DNA of 64,000 bases from a candidate division WOR-3 bacterium (GCA_965649225.1 CBFGJX010000003.1:32001-96000), one strand, 5' to 3'; positions 17,676-28,565 are shown, counted from the first letter of the stretch. Program-made: numbers and translations. Notes: generated by a model from the sequence alone, not told the origin.

Positions 17676-17785
17676 GGCTCAGAATACGAGCACTGTCATC
17701 ATGGTCAATCGCCTGAATGCCCCGCAACTGCCTTCAGAGATTTCCGTTGAACGCCTTGACCATGACATTCCCGCCCGAACACTTA

Positions 17786-17820
17786 CCAGAAACGCACGGC
17801 CCGGACATGCCGGGCCGTGC
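17786..17820 (-). terminator. Intrinsic terminator after ftsZ
   Basis: gcacggcccgg / ccgggccgtgc stem (17794-17820) followed by GTTTCT on the minus strand. Confidence 0.7.
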
Positions 17821-17870
17821 AGGCATTCAGGAGGCAGACGACACCAGTGAAACTGGTGCGGTGACGGCAA

Positions 17871-18971
17871 TCAGTCCATCTGGCGACGGACAAACGTCGG
17901 AACTTCCAAATCCTTTGGATCAACCCATGGCATACCATCCTCCCCTACTCGACGCCGGCTGATTGGGAAGATCTCGGTGTTTTTCAGCATCTCAACCACG
18001 TCCTCCAGCTTGGGCAACGGTTCATTCAGTCCAGTCGCAATCATCGTCACTTTGATTGCACCGCGCAGACCGGGGTCTCGTGCAGCACCGATTCGAATGT
18101 CGGCCTGACCGTTGGTGGCATGGAACACCACTGACGCCGCCTGATTGACTTCGTCCAGCGTCATAGTGTCGTCACCGGCAATATTGAGCAGAACTCTCCG
18201 GGCACTGTGAATCTCGAAGCTGTCCATCAGCGGTGAATTGAGGGCACGATGGGCAGCTTCTTCCGCCCGGCCGGGGCCGTCGGCCTGACCCACGGTCATG
18301 ACCGCTCCGCCCCGTTCCGACATGACTGTCCGAACATCGGCGAAGTCGATATTGATCATCTGGCGACCAATCACTATTTCCGAGATGCCTCGAACGGCAT
18401 TCAGCAAGACCTCGTCCGCAGCTTGAAACGCCTTGCTGATCGACAGCGAACCGTGGACCTGCACCAACCGGTCATTGGGCATGACTATCAGCGTATCGAC
18501 ATGCGGACGCAGAGCCGCGATGCCATCGCGGGCCTTGGTCTCACGCAGCCGTCCCTCGAACTTGAACGGCCGCGTCACAACAGCCACCACCAGCGAACCG
18601 CTGGCCCGGGCCTGCTCGGCAATCACCGGCGCAGCGCCGGTGCCGGTGCCCCCGCCTTCGCCGGCGGCGATGAATATCATATCAAAGCCGGCGACATTCT
18701 CCCGCAACAATTCGATCGACTCCTCCGCCGCCTGTCGACCGATCTTGGGGTCTCCCCCGGATCCGAGACCACCGGTGAGCTGCGCGCCGATCTGGATTTT
18801 GTTGGGCGCAAGCGACATCCGCAGTGCCTGCAGATCGGTGTTTACCACAAACAGCTCCACGCCCGAAAGACCGGCGTCCACCATTCGATTAACGGCATTG
18901 TTGCCTGCTCCACCGACACCGAAGACCCCGATTCGGGTCAGGTGTTTCTCATCGACGACCGGTTCAATCAT
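17871..18971 (-). CDS. ftsZ: Cell division protein FtsZ
   Basis: GVGGAGNNAV, NTDLQAL, GGGTGTGAAP, NIDFADV, C-terminal DLEVPTFVR. Confidence 0.98.
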   Translation of the reverse strand: MIEPVVDEKHLTRIGVFGVGGAGNNAVNRMVDAGLSGVELFVVNTDLQALRMSLAPNKIQIGAQLTGGLGSGGDPKIGRQAAEESIELLRENVAGFDMIFIAAGEGGGTGTGAAPVIAEQARASGSLVVAVVTRPFKFEGRLRETKARDGIAALRPHVDTLIVMPNDRLVQVHGSLSISKAFQAADEVLLNAVRGISEIVIGRQMINIDFADVRTVMSERGGAVMTVGQADGPGRAEEAAHRALNSPLMDSFEIHSARRVLLNIAGDDTMTLDEVNQAASVVFHATNGQADIRIGAARDPGLRGAIKVTMIATGLNEPLPKLEDVVEMLKNTEIFPISRRRVGEDGMPWVDPKDLEVPTFVRRQMD

Positions 18972-19007
18972 CCTCTGCCTCCTTGAGATAGCTGCCCGCG
19001 GACCCTC

Positions 19008-20228
19008 TCATACAAACCAGCTGCGAAACTCCTCCAGCAGACGAGTGAACCAGCCGGCACTGGGAAGACGACTGGCTCCCTTGCCTTCGATGCCCGATCG
19101 CACCAGCCCAACCGCAGTGGCAAAAGCTGGGTTGGCACTGACTTCGGATGGGGCGTTCAACCGGTCCGGGCGACCGATCCGGACCGGCATCCCGAAAACC
19201 TGTTCGGCCAGCTCGGCAATCCCCGGCAATGCCGCTCCGCCGCCGGTGAGTACGACGCCGCCGGACAATCCGTCAGCGAGTCCGCTCTTGCGGACTTCGG
19301 CATCGGCCAACGTCAACAACTCTTCGGCTCTGGGCTCGATGATCGACGCCAGCAACCGCCGCGAGACCTGCTTGGTGCCACGCCCGGAAGCATCTTCAAC
19401 CGTAATCGGCTCATCCTTCTCGACCATCGAAGCCATCGCGACTCCCTGACTGCGTTTCACCGTTTCGGCCTGTTGCAGTGTAGTCCGCAATCCGATCGCG
19501 ATATCCTTGGTAATGTTGTTGGCACCCACCGGCAGTAGTTTGGTGAAGCGAATCTCGCCATCCCGGTAGAGCGAAATGTCGGTGACGCCGCCGACATCAA
19601 CCACAACCACGCCCATCTCCTTGTCTTCCTCGTCGCAGACGCCGTAGAAGGTGGCGATTGACTGCAGAACCAGCGAACGATTGCGTACCTCCAGTCGTTC
19701 AAGCACGCGGATGACATTCTCGACCGCGGTCACTGCACCGATCACCAGCAGAGCTTCAACCTCCAGCCGTATGCCGTAGAGTCCGAGTGGATTGCGCACC
19801 CCCCGCTGCCCGTCAACTATGAACTGAGTCGGCACGACATGCAGTATCCGCTCATCGTTGGGCAGTCGGACCGTCTGTGCCTGCTTGATGACATCCTCGA
19901 CATCCCGCACGGCAATGCCCCGTTGCGGCTTGTGCACCGGCACCGCTGCTGTACCCGAAAGGTACTTGACGTGTTCGCCTGACACACCGACATAGACCGG
20001 ACAGGCGCGAAACCGGCTGTCCGCCATTGACTCGGCGGCACTGATCGCTGCCTCGACTGACTCCGTGGCCTTGTCCAGATTTATCACCACGCCCTGTTTG
20101 AAACCATCGGGCGGAGCGGTGCCGTATCCAACAATACTGGTCTTTCCTGCACCATCGGTCTCGGCGATGACGCAGGCAATCTTCGTGCTGCCGATATCGA
20201 TCGCCCCGGTGCGCCTCGACTTGGCCAT
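19008..20228 (-). CDS. ftsA: Cell division protein FtsA
   Basis: IDIGSTKI, VVDVGG, NITKDIA, IIEPRAEE, GVVLTGGGA. Confidence 0.96.
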   Translation of the reverse strand: MAKSRRTGAIDIGSTKIACVIAETDGAGKTSIVGYGTAPPDGFKQGVVINLDKATESVEAAISAAESMADSRFRACPVYVGVSGEHVKYLSGTAAVPVHKPQRGIAVRDVEDVIKQAQTVRLPNDERILHVVPTQFIVDGQRGVRNPLGLYGIRLEVEALLVIGAVTAVENVIRVLERLEVRNRSLVLQSIATFYGVCDEEDKEMGVVVVDVGGVTDISLYRDGEIRFTKLLPVGANNITKDIAIGLRTTLQQAETVKRSQGVAMASMVEKDEPITVEDASGRGTKQVSRRLLASIIEPRAEELLTLADAEVRKSGLADGLSGGVVLTGGGAALPGIAELAEQVFGMPVRIGRPDRLNAPSEVSANPAFATAVGLVRSGIEGKGASRLPSAGWFTRLLEEFRSWFV

Positions 20229-20232
20229 GTCA

Positions 20233-21132
20233 CTACCTCCTGAACCCGGGCAGCAGCGTGACCTCTTCGGTCAGAACCACGCCGGTCTGCTCCTCCACAT
20301 TTGCCTTCACTATCTCAGCAAGTTCCAGAACATCAGCACAGCGGGCACCGCCGACGTTGACGATGAAGTTGCCGTGTTTCTCTGACACGCGGGCACCGCC
20401 AACCTGACGACCCTTCAGGCCGCAGCGTTCGATAAGCCGGCCGGCCGGCTCGTTCGGCGGATTGCGGAAAAACGAGCCGGCCGACGGCTCTTTCGGATGC
20501 TTAACCCAGCGTTTTTCCCTGATCACGGATGCCGGTTCAGGGCGTCCCGGCTTCAACTCCAACTCGACGGCAACCGCCACTTTCAGTTCGCCAATCAGCG
20601 GCTGGCGGTAACCGCCATGAATCTCACCCCGCTCGAGCCGCCAGCGCCGACCATCAGCGTCAACGCCGGTTATGCCAGCGACGATATCCACCAGACTCGA
20701 GCCGAACGCCCCGGCGTTGGTTCGCAGGCCGCCGCCGATCGTACCCGGTATCCCGGCCAGAAACTCGGCACCACACAGCCCCGCCTTCTCCGCAGTATCG
20801 GCTATCAGGTCCATCGTCGCACCCGCGCCGCACACCAGTCGGTTGCCCTCAATCTCCACCCGGGCCAGCTCACCGCCCAGTCGAATCACCGCCCCCCGCA
20901 GACCCTGGTCCGAGATCAGCACATTCGAACCACGGCCGAGCAGATACCAGTCCAGACCGTTATCACGAGAAAACCGTAGCGCCCGCAACAAGCCTTCGAT
21001 GTTGCGAACGGTAATAAACAGATCGGCCGGTCCACCGATTCGGAACGTTGTATGACGGGCGAGCGGCTCATCCCAGCGGACCTCGCCCGTTCCGGCTAAA
21101 GCAGCTTGAGCAGCTCGGCGCCAATCCGGCAT
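20233..21132 (-). CDS. murB: UDP-N-acetylenolpyruvoylglucosamine reductase
   Basis: HTTFRIGGPAD, LGRGSNVL, GIPGTIGG..NAGA, PSAGSFFRNP, SEKHGNF. Confidence 0.95.
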   Translation of the reverse strand: MPDWRRAAQAALAGTGEVRWDEPLARHTTFRIGGPADLFITVRNIEGLLRALRFSRDNGLDWYLLGRGSNVLISDQGLRGAVIRLGGELARVEIEGNRLVCGAGATMDLIADTAEKAGLCGAEFLAGIPGTIGGGLRTNAGAFGSSLVDIVAGITGVDADGRRWRLERGEIHGGYRQPLIGELKVAVAVELELKPGRPEPASVIREKRWVKHPKEPSAGSFFRNPPNEPAGRLIERCGLKGRQVGGARVSEKHGNFIVNVGGARCADVLELAEIVKANVEEQTGVVLTEEVTLLPGFRR

Positions 21133-22469
21133 ATGTTTCCCGCTCCCTGTGTTATCACGACATCACCCGGGCGCAGACGCGCCGCCAGCAATCGAGGCAG
21201 CCCGTCAACATCCTCAACGCGCTCAACGGTCGGCCGTTCGCGCTGCCGTCGAGCCACCGCCTCAACGATCAGCCCGGCATCGACACCGGGAATCGGCGGT
21301 TCCGAAGCAGCGTATATCGGCGTTACCAGCACTTCGTCGGCAGCATCAAAGCAGTCGGCAAACTCATCAGCCAGCAATCTGGTTCGACTGTAACGGTGGG
21401 GCTGAAAAACTACAACCAGTCGCCGGTCGGGCAACGCCGCCCGCAGAGTCGACAGCGTGGCGCGAATCTCGGTCGGGTGATGGCCGTAGTCGTCGAATAC
21501 CGTTATGCCGCCCTTTTCACCAATGCGCTCCAGCCGCCGGTGTACCCCGGAGAACACTCGCAGAGCAGCGGCGATCGTCTCGAACTCAAGCCCCAGTTCG
21601 ACGCCGACGGCAACTGCGCCCAGAGCATTCTGGACATTGTGCCGGCCTGCCATCGGCAGGTTGAACCGTCCGACCTCGTGACCGGCGCTGGTCACCGTAA
21701 AGGCAGATGAGAACCCGTAGAATTGAACGTCCTTGGCACCGAAATCAGCCGCGGACGTCAACCCGTAGGTAACTACCCGCCGCTTGACTCGCGGCCGTAT
21801 TGAACGTACCGCCGGGCAGTCATTACAGAGAACCACCGTCCCGTAGAACGGCACGCGATTGACAAACCGCACGAACTCGCGCTTGATATCGGCAAGGTCA
21901 CGATAGACGTCAAGATGTTCTCGTTCGATGTTGGTCACGACTGCAATCGTCGGATAGAGCAGCAGAAACGAACGGTCGCTTTCATCAGCTTCAGCCACCA
22001 GATACTCTGATTGCCCCAGTCGCGCTCCGGCGTCTGCTGCCTGGATACGGCCACCGATTACGGTCGTCGGGTCAAGACCACCCCGTTCGAGGACGTGACT
22101 GACCAGCGAGGTCACGGTAGTCTTGCCGTGACTGCCCGACACCGCGACGGCGAATTTCATCCGCATCAACTCGGCAAGCATCTCGGCCCGCCTGATGACC
22201 GGCACACCGCGCTGGCGAGCCGCCGCCAGCTCCGGATTCTCCGAACCGACGGCGGTCGTATAGACAACCACATCGGCATCAGCGCAGTTGTTGGCGTCGT
22301 GTCCAATCACGACCTTCACGCCGGCATCGACCAGCCGCCGGGTAATCTCACTCTCACGCAGGTCTGAACCACTCACCTCAAAACCGAGATTCTTCAGCAC
22401 CAGTGCGATGCCGGACATCCCGACTCCACCGACGCCGACAAAATGAACCCGTCTCAGGCGGCCAAGCAT
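21096..22469 (-). CDS. murC: UDP-N-acetylmuramate--L-alanine ligase
   Basis: HFVGVGGVGMSGIA, GSHGKTT, EADESD, DDYGHHPTE, FQPHRYSR. Confidence 0.97.
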   Translation of the reverse strand: MLGRLRRVHFVGVGGVGMSGIALVLKNLGFEVSGSDLRESEITRRLVDAGVKVVIGHDANNCADADVVVYTTAVGSENPELAAARQRGVPVIRRAEMLAELMRMKFAVAVSGSHGKTTVTSLVSHVLERGGLDPTTVIGGRIQAADAGARLGQSEYLVAEADESDRSFLLLYPTIAVVTNIEREHLDVYRDLADIKREFVRFVNRVPFYGTVVLCNDCPAVRSIRPRVKRRVVTYGLTSAADFGAKDVQFYGFSSAFTVTSAGHEVGRFNLPMAGRHNVQNALGAVAVGVELGLEFETIAAALRVFSGVHRRLERIGEKGGITVFDDYGHHPTEIRATLSTLRAALPDRRLVVVFQPHRYSRTRLLADEFADCFDAADEVLVTPIYAASEPPIPGVDAGLIVEAVARRQRERPTVERVEDVDGLPRLLAARLRPGDVVITQGAGNICRIGAELLKLL

Positions 22470-23488
22470 TCCTTGATCCTTTCGACAATCACTCTTGCCG
22501 CATCGGGCCGGGCCAACCCGCGGGCTGCCGCCGCCATCAACTCCCGTCGCGCACGGTCAGCCAGAAGTTCGGCGATCACTGCGGTAATCCCGGACAGACG
22601 ATCCTGGTCCAGTTTGATGGCGGCACCGGCCGCAACCAGGTACGCAGCGTTGGCGTGCTGGTGACGGTCGGTGGCGTATGGGAAAGGTACAAGCACGGCA
22701 GGGATGCCGAAGGCAACTAGTTCTGAGAGAACCATACCGCCTGCCCGGGATACCGCTATTGTCGCCCGCCGGTAGAGTTCTTCCGGCCGGTCGGTATACT
22801 CGACCACCTCACAATTCTTTCCTGCCTGTGACCGGAATGCGGCGAAATCGCGCCGTCCGGCCAGGACAATGAAATTCACATCCGGCAGCGCCGCCGCCGC
22901 TGCCAGCGCCGCTGTCGACAACGCTCGCGCACCCCCGCTTCCTCCCAGCACCAGCACTGTGCGGTCATCGTCAATTCGACGCGGGTCGACAACGATGCTG
23001 CGGCGCAACGGACTGCCCGTGACCCGCCAGCGGCCGTTGAAGCCCTCCGCCGGAGGAAACCCGAAGAACGACTCGCGAGCGCCACGGGCAAAAATCCGGG
23101 TCACTCGGCCGGGAAGACAGTTCTGCTCAAGCAGAAAGTATGTGACGCCGGACAGCGCTGCCGCCGCCAGCACAGCCGCACTGGCGAACCCGCCGGTCCC
23201 GACAACGGCTGTCGGCCGCAGCCGCCGTAGCAGCGCCAGCGCCCGAAGCAGACCGACTGCAGCCAGTCCTGCCCCCTTCACTTTCTCCCGAACGTGTTTC
23301 CCGAAGAAACCCGCTGCTGCCAGCGGCTCAAAGTCAAACCTGGCCTGGGCTGCCAGTCGGGCCTCCAACGAATCAGGCCGACCCGACCAGCGAACATCAA
23401 ATCCGGCTGTGCGGAGCTCCTCGGCCAGCGCCAGTGCCGGATAAACATGTCCGCCGGTACCGCCGGCAGCCAGCAGAATCATCACCAC
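22454..23488 (-). CDS. murG: Lipid II GlcNAc transferase
   Basis: GGTGGHVYPA, EQN, GGSGGA, SRAG, HQHANA. Confidence 0.95.
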   Translation of the reverse strand: MVMILLAAGGTGGHVYPALALAEELRTAGFDVRWSGRPDSLEARLAAQARFDFEPLAAAGFFGKHVREKVKGAGLAAVGLLRALALLRRLRPTAVVGTGGFASAAVLAAAALSGVTYFLLEQNCLPGRVTRIFARGARESFFGFPPAEGFNGRWRVTGSPLRRSIVVDPRRIDDDRTVLVLGGSGGARALSTAALAAAAALPDVNFIVLAGRRDFAAFRSQAGKNCEVVEYTDRPEELYRRATIAVSRAGGMVLSELVAFGIPAVLVPFPYATDRHQHANAAYLVAAGAAIKLDQDRLSGITAVIAELLADRARRELMAAAARGLARPDAARVIVERIKECLAA

Positions 23489-24654
23489 TGTTTCCTCAGC
23501 AATAGCGGAGCTGTTCGACCTGAGCCAGTCGGCAGCGCCAGTCCGTCACTGACAACCATCCGCACCCGGCCAAAACGGGAAACATTCAGCAGTACCCCGG
23601 CCGCCAGCAGGTTGGTTACCAGTGCCGTGCCGCCGTAGGAAACAAACGGCAGTGGTTGACCGGTGGTCGGAATCAGCCCGAGTGTCACCGCCACGTGGGT
23701 CACGGCATAAAGAAACAGTGTCAGGCTGATACCGTAAGCTAGATACTGACCGAAATCGCTGGCGGCACGCTGGCCGATACGCATCCCCCGAAAGAACAGT
23801 AACCCGTAGAGCAGAAAGATCAGCACTGACCCCAGGAACCCGAACTCCTCGCCGATCGCGGCAAATACGAAGTCATTGTGCATTTTGGGCAGGAAATAGT
23901 ATTTCTGCTTGCCCTCTCCCAGCCCGACGCCGACCAGTCCGCCCGAACCGATTGCAATCAGCGACTGTTCCTGGTGATACCGCTCGCCACTGACAAACTT
24001 CTGCCAGCGGTTACGGGCGTAGGGCACAAACAGCACCGTCAGTACCAGCATCGCGGCAACAACCGTTACGGTCTGTACCAGGTAGGCCCGTCTCACCCCA
24101 GCCAGAAAAAACATGCCGAATGTCACCAGCGCCATGATTGCAGCAGTACCAACCGCCGGCTGGGCGAGTGTCAGACCGATCACGGGCAGAGCTGCCAGGC
24201 CGGGTTTGAGCACCGAGTTACGCCAGCCCCACGACTTGCCGGTTTCACGCAGACTGGCGAAGTAACCAGCCAGCCAGACCACCAGAGCGTACTTGGCAAG
24301 TTCGGCCGGCTGAATCGACCCCAGCCCCGGAATCCGGAACCAGCGTCGGGCATCGCCGGCGGCAATTCCCAGCACCAAGGTCAGAACCATCAGCCCCACC
24401 GACAGGACCATGAGGAACCAGCGCCCCCGCCGTGCCAGCAGATTGTGATTGAACAACATCCCGAAAAACAACGCTCCCATCCCGAGTAGGACCTTGATGG
24501 CGTGCTGCGCCAAATAGGCCGAAGTACGGTGATGAGTGGCGGCGAACACGACAATCACGCCGACAACCGTCAACGCCAATACAATCGTCAGCGCAACCTG
24601 GTCCACCGGCGAGGTCGGGCGCTCACGCCGCAGACTGACACCAGTGTCAAACAC
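23482..24654 (-). CDS. ftsW: SEDS family peptidoglycan polymerase FtsW
   Basis: ARRWF, IQPAELAK, GSGGLVG.GLG, HNDFVFA.IGEE, PTTGQPLPFVSYGG. The start is probably GTG 24654 (track ORF to 24747). Confidence 0.93.
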   Translation of the reverse strand: MFDTGVSLRRERPTSPVDQVALTIVLALTVVGVIVVFAATHHRTSAYLAQHAIKVLLGMGALFFGMLFNHNLLARRGRWFLMVLSVGLMVLTLVLGIAAGDARRWFRIPGLGSIQPAELAKYALVVWLAGYFASLRETGKSWGWRNSVLKPGLAALPVIGLTLAQPAVGTAAIMALVTFGMFFLAGVRRAYLVQTVTVVAAMLVLTVLFVPYARNRWQKFVSGERYHQEQSLIAIGSGGLVGVGLGEGKQKYYFLPKMHNDFVFAAIGEEFGFLGSVLIFLLYGLLFFRGMRIGQRAASDFGQYLAYGISLTLFLYAVTHVAVTLGLIPTTGQPLPFVSYGGTALVTNLLAAGVLLNVSRFGRVRMVVSDGLALPTGSGRTAPLLLRKQW

Positions 24655-26008
24655 GCTCCACCTCACGACAGAAAGCCCGGCCCCGGGCGGCAAAATCTCG
24701 AAACATGTCGAACGAAGCAAATCCGGGCGAGAAGAGCACAACGCCACCCGGCCGCGACCGCAGCCTGGCTGTTCTTACTGCCTCGGCCATGGTGCCGACG
24801 ATATCAAACCGCCGATACCCGACTGCTTCCAATCGGCGCCCCAGCTCTTCCCGGTTTTCGCCCAGAAGAACTGTCCAGCGTGCCCGGTTTCGGATCGCCT
24901 CAATCAAATCTTCCAGAGGAAGGTTCTTGCCCCTGCCCCCGGCTATCAACACGACTTTCCGGTCAAAAGCTCGTAAAGACGCGACTGCCGCGGCCGGATT
25001 GGTGCACATCGAGTTGTTGACATAGACAACCCCACCCAGTCTGCGCACGACTTGCAGCCGATGAGGCAGACCGCGAAAAGAGCGCAAAGCAGCCCGGATT
25101 GCCTGCGGCTTCACCCCGACGGCATCTGCCGCCGCCGCGGCGGCGAGCGCATTGGCAAGATTGTGCCGACCGGGCAGCCGTACGTCTGTCACCCGGGCAA
25201 CAGCTCGGTCACCTAGCACCATCTTCCCTTGCGCCAGATGGGCGCCGGGGCCACGACCGGCCACAGAAAACCATATCAGCCGAGCATGCACACGTTTGGC
25301 CGCCTGACTGACGGTCGGGTCGTCACGATTCAGCACCGCAACGTCGGCAGCGGTCTGGTGCTCAAAAAGCCGGAATTTGCTCTCGGCATAACTGTCAAAC
25401 GAACGGTGTCGGTCAAGATGGTCCGGGGAGATGTTTAGCAGCAGCGCCAGCTTTGGCGCCAGCCAGCGGGACCGTTCAAGCTGGAAACTCGAGACTTCCA
25501 CGACATACCAATCGCGACGGGACTGACCCAGTGCCGCTGACAACGGCCGACCCGGAGCAAGATTACCACCGCAGAACACCCGATAGCCGCCAGCCGCGAG
25601 CATCTCGGCCAGCAGTGCGGTCGTCGTCGATTTGCCATTGGTACCGGTTACAGCTGCAATCGGTGCGCAGAGCAGTGCCGCCGCCATGTCGAGCTCATCG
25701 ACGAGCGGTATTCCCCGGCGCACAAAATCTCGCAGCACCGGGTGCTCCGTCGGAACCCCGGGGCTGGCAACTACCCAGTCATAATCACGACCCGCTGGTG
25801 CCGTCTCAGATTGCAGCCCCGAGCGGAGCAGCCGCCGCAGAACCGGTCGCTCAAACACGGCCGGATTGTCATCCCACCCGCCGACAACTGCCCGACGCTT
25901 CAAGAGAAACCCTGCCATGGCCGTACCGGCCCGACCCAGTCCGACAACGAGAAACTTCATTCCGGCCAGCTCTGACTCTCGGGGCGGCGGCAACGACATC
26001 TGTTTCAT
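24647..26008 (-). CDS. murD: UDP-N-acetylmuramoyl-L-alanine--D-glutamate ligase
   Basis: SPGV, TGTNGKSTT, EVSSFQL, DHLDRH, GLPHR, SPGFASFDMF..F..RG. ATG 26008 overlaps the mraY stop. Confidence 0.95.
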   Translation of the reverse strand: MKQMSLPPPRESELAGMKFLVVGLGRAGTAMAGFLLKRRAVVGGWDDNPAVFERPVLRRLLRSGLQSETAPAGRDYDWVVASPGVPTEHPVLRDFVRRGIPLVDELDMAAALLCAPIAAVTGTNGKSTTTALLAEMLAAGGYRVFCGGNLAPGRPLSAALGQSRRDWYVVEVSSFQLERSRWLAPKLALLLNISPDHLDRHRSFDSYAESKFRLFEHQTAADVAVLNRDDPTVSQAAKRVHARLIWFSVAGRGPGAHLAQGKMVLGDRAVARVTDVRLPGRHNLANALAAAAAADAVGVKPQAIRAALRSFRGLPHRLQVVRRLGGVVYVNNSMCTNPAAAVASLRAFDRKVVLIAGGRGKNLPLEDLIEAIRNRARWTVLLGENREELGRRLEAVGYRRFDIVGTMAEAVRTARLRSRPGGVVLFSPGFASFDMFRDFAARGRAFCREVERV

Positions 26009-27093
26009 CTGATTTTCAAGCTGGCGACCGCCGCGGTTGCGAACAGGACCGCCAGAATCATGAACCGGGTGACTATCTGTGTTTCGGCCCAACCAATCAG
26101 CTCGAAATGGTGATGGATCGGCGCCATCCGGAACAACTTTTTGCCGCCGGTGGCACGAAACCAGCCAATCTGCAGGACGACCGAAATCATTTCCATCGCG
26201 AACACACCGCCGACAATCGGCAGCAGAATCTCGTGTTTGCACAACACTGCCGCCAGTCCAAGCACACCTCCAATCGGCAGTGAGCCGGTATCGCCCATGA
26301 ACAGCTGCGCCGGATGAGCGTTGTACCACAGAAAGCCGAGACAGGCACCGGTGAGTGCAAGACACAGCACCGAAAACTCGCCCACCGTCGGACAGAAGAT
26401 TATGTTAAGGTATCCGGCAAGCCGGTAGTTGCCGGCAACATAACACAGTACCGCGTATGCCGCTAGCGCCACTGATGCCAGTCCGGCGGCCAGCCCGTCC
26501 AGACCGTCAGCGAAATTCACCGCATTCGAAGAACCAACTATCACCAGCATCACGAACGGGATGTAGAAACGGTCCAGTTCGACGACGATATTCTTGAACA
26601 GCAGCACATTCGCCCGCGAGCGATTCACCGGGTCAACCGGCAGGAAATAAAGCAGGGCACCGATGAAAAGTGCCAGTGCGATTTGCCCGGCAAGCTTGGC
26701 AGTCTTGCTGATGCCGCGGGCCCGGCCGCCGCGCACTTTCACCCAGTCGTCCCAGAACCCCAATAGCCCCAGCCAGACCATCGTCAGCAGCCCGAGCTGG
26801 ATTGTCCGATTGTCGAGATCGGCGAACAGCAGGACCGCAGCCACCGCCGAGGTCAGGATCAGGAGACCACCCATCGTCGGTGTACCACTCTTGGCGCGAT
26901 GACGATCCGGCACTTCCTCGCGCACGTTTTGGCCGAGTTTCAGTCGCCGGACCAGTCGGATGAGCAGCGGTCCCAGAAGAAGAGCAATGATGATACTCAG
27001 TCCGCCGGCGGCGGCAGCGCGAAAGGTGATATAGCGCAGGAGATTGAATGCCCCGAATGTCTCGCGCAGCGGCACCAGCAGCCGGAAAAGCAT
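26005..27093 (-). CDS. mraY: Phospho-N-acetylmuramoyl-pentapeptide transferase
   Basis: GTPTMGG, DD, NAVNFADGLDGL, FMGDTGSL, MAPIHHHFE. Confidence 0.97.
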   Translation of the reverse strand: MLFRLLVPLRETFGAFNLLRYITFRAAAAGGLSIIIALLLGPLLIRLVRRLKLGQNVREEVPDRHRAKSGTPTMGGLLILTSAVAAVLLFADLDNRTIQLGLLTMVWLGLLGFWDDWVKVRGGRARGISKTAKLAGQIALALFIGALLYFLPVDPVNRSRANVLLFKNIVVELDRFYIPFVMLVIVGSSNAVNFADGLDGLAAGLASVALAAYAVLCYVAGNYRLAGYLNIIFCPTVGEFSVLCLALTGACLGFLWYNAHPAQLFMGDTGSLPIGGVLGLAAVLCKHEILLPIVGGVFAMEMISVVLQIGWFRATGGKKLFRMAPIHHHFELIGWAETQIVTRFMILAVLFATAAVASLKIR

Positions 27094-28565
27094 CAGTTAC
27101 CCTCCAGAATCTCCCGCGCCACAACCGCATCGTCGAACCAGAGACGCTGTCTGCCTACAATCTGGTAGTCTTCGTGTCCCTTGCCGGCGATTACAACAAC
27201 GTCACCCGGCCGGGCAGCGGCCACCGCACGCCGGATTGCCTCGCGCCGGTCAGGTTCAACCACCAGCTCGGCACCGCCGACACTTTCCATCCCTTTAAGG
27301 ATTTCAGCAATGATTGCCTGCGGGTCCTCGCTGCGCGGATTATCCGATGTCACCACTGCGAGATCGGCATTTGCCGCCACCGCCGCGCCCATCAGTGGAC
27401 GCTTTGAACGATCCCGATCTCCGCCGCATCCGAATACAACAATCAGTCGCCCGGACGAGAACTCGCGCACGGTCGCCAGTACCCGTTTGAGCGCGTCGGG
27501 AGTGTGGGCGTAGTCGACAAAGACTGAAAACCCGCGGTCATTTGGCACTGGCTGGCACCGACCGGGAACGAGTTCGAGTGCCTCGGCACCGCCGACAATC
27601 TGGTCAATCTCCCATTTCAGCGCCCGACCGGCGGCCCACGCAGCAAGCAGATTGTGCAGATTGTGTCTGCCCACCAGCTTGAGTGCAACCGGCCAAACCC
27701 TACCGTCACAGAAAACCTCACAGGTCAGTCCATCGGCACGGACTGATACCGCGCGACCCCAGATATCGGGAACCGGCTCAATGTCCGGCCGCGTGCCGTA
27801 ACTGATGACACGGGACTTGACTTCAAAGGGGATGTCGCGCCCCATCGCATCGTCGAAATTTGTTACCGCCCAGGCTGTAGGTAACAGGTCGGTGAACAGC
27901 CGCATCTTTGCGGCGCGATAGTTGGCCATTGTTCGATGAAAATCGAGATGGTCCTGGGTCAGATTGGTAAAGACTGCAACCTGGAAATCCAGGTCGAACA
28001 CCCGGTCAAGCGCCAGAGCATGTGAAGAAACCTCGGCAATACACAACGGGATCTGTGCCTCGACCATCCGCGCCAGCATCGCTGTCAGGTCCAGGCTCTC
28101 CGGTGTGGTGTGACCGGCTGGCTGACGCTTCTGTCCGTCCCAGTACTCAATCGTACCGATGAAACCTGGTTCAACTCCGCCCAGTCGGGCCATTGACCGC
28201 AACAGCCAGGTAGTCGTGGTCTTGCCATTGGTACCGGTCACCCCGACCAGCGCCAGTCGGCGGGCCGGGAAATCGTAGAACCGGTTGGCAACCTGGGCCA
28301 GAAACCGCCGCGGTGACCGTGTCAGCACCATTGTCACCCAGTTACGCCGCGCCCGCGTCGGGTCGCTGGTGGCTACGACGGTTGCACCACGATTGACCGC
28401 TTCGTCAATGTACTGCCGCCCGTCAGTAGCGAGCCCTTCAATGGCCACAAACATGTACCCCGGCTGAACTGCCGCCGAATTGTAGGCGATTCCCTTCACC
28501 TCGGCATTGCTGTTGCCCTCAATCGAACAAGGTACACCCTTGACGAGATCGCTCAGCCGCTTCAT
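27093..28565 (-). CDS. murE: UDP-N-acetylmuramoyl-tripeptide synthetase (meso-DAP type)
   Basis: TGTNGKTT, TTPE, EVSSH, DHLDFH, VDYAHTPD, GCGGDRD..KR, SDNPR, GKGHE. Start ATG 28565. Confidence 0.96.
   Translation of the reverse strand: MKRLSDLVKGVPCSIEGNSNAEVKGIAYNSAAVQPGYMFVAIEGLATDGRQYIDEAVNRGATVVATSDPTRARRNWVTMVLTRSPRRFLAQVANRFYDFPARRLALVGVTGTNGKTTTTWLLRSMARLGGVEPGFIGTIEYWDGQKRQPAGHTTPESLDLTAMLARMVEAQIPLCIAEVSSHALALDRVFDLDFQVAVFTNLTQDHLDFHRTMANYRAAKMRLFTDLLPTAWAVTNFDDAMGRDIPFEVKSRVISYGTRPDIEPVPDIWGRAVSVRADGLTCEVFCDGRVWPVALKLVGRHNLHNLLAAWAAGRALKWEIDQIVGGAEALELVPGRCQPVPNDRGFSVFVDYAHTPDALKRVLATVREFSSGRLIVVFGCGGDRDRSKRPLMGAAVAANADLAVVTSDNPRSEDPQAIIAEILKGMESVGGAELVVEPDRREAIRRAVAAARPGDVVVIAGKGHEDYQIVGRQRLWFDDAVVAREILEGN

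Noticed and set aside
17679..17870. 63-aa ORF between ftsZ and comEC
   Set aside because: It spans the ftsZ terminator and the comEC promoter, with no SD or motif.
26009..26365. N-terminal extension of MurD in the ORF track (similarly murE, selB, map and the acyltransferase)
   Set aside because: The extensions overlap upstream genes in another frame; coupled starts at the upstream stop codons fit better.
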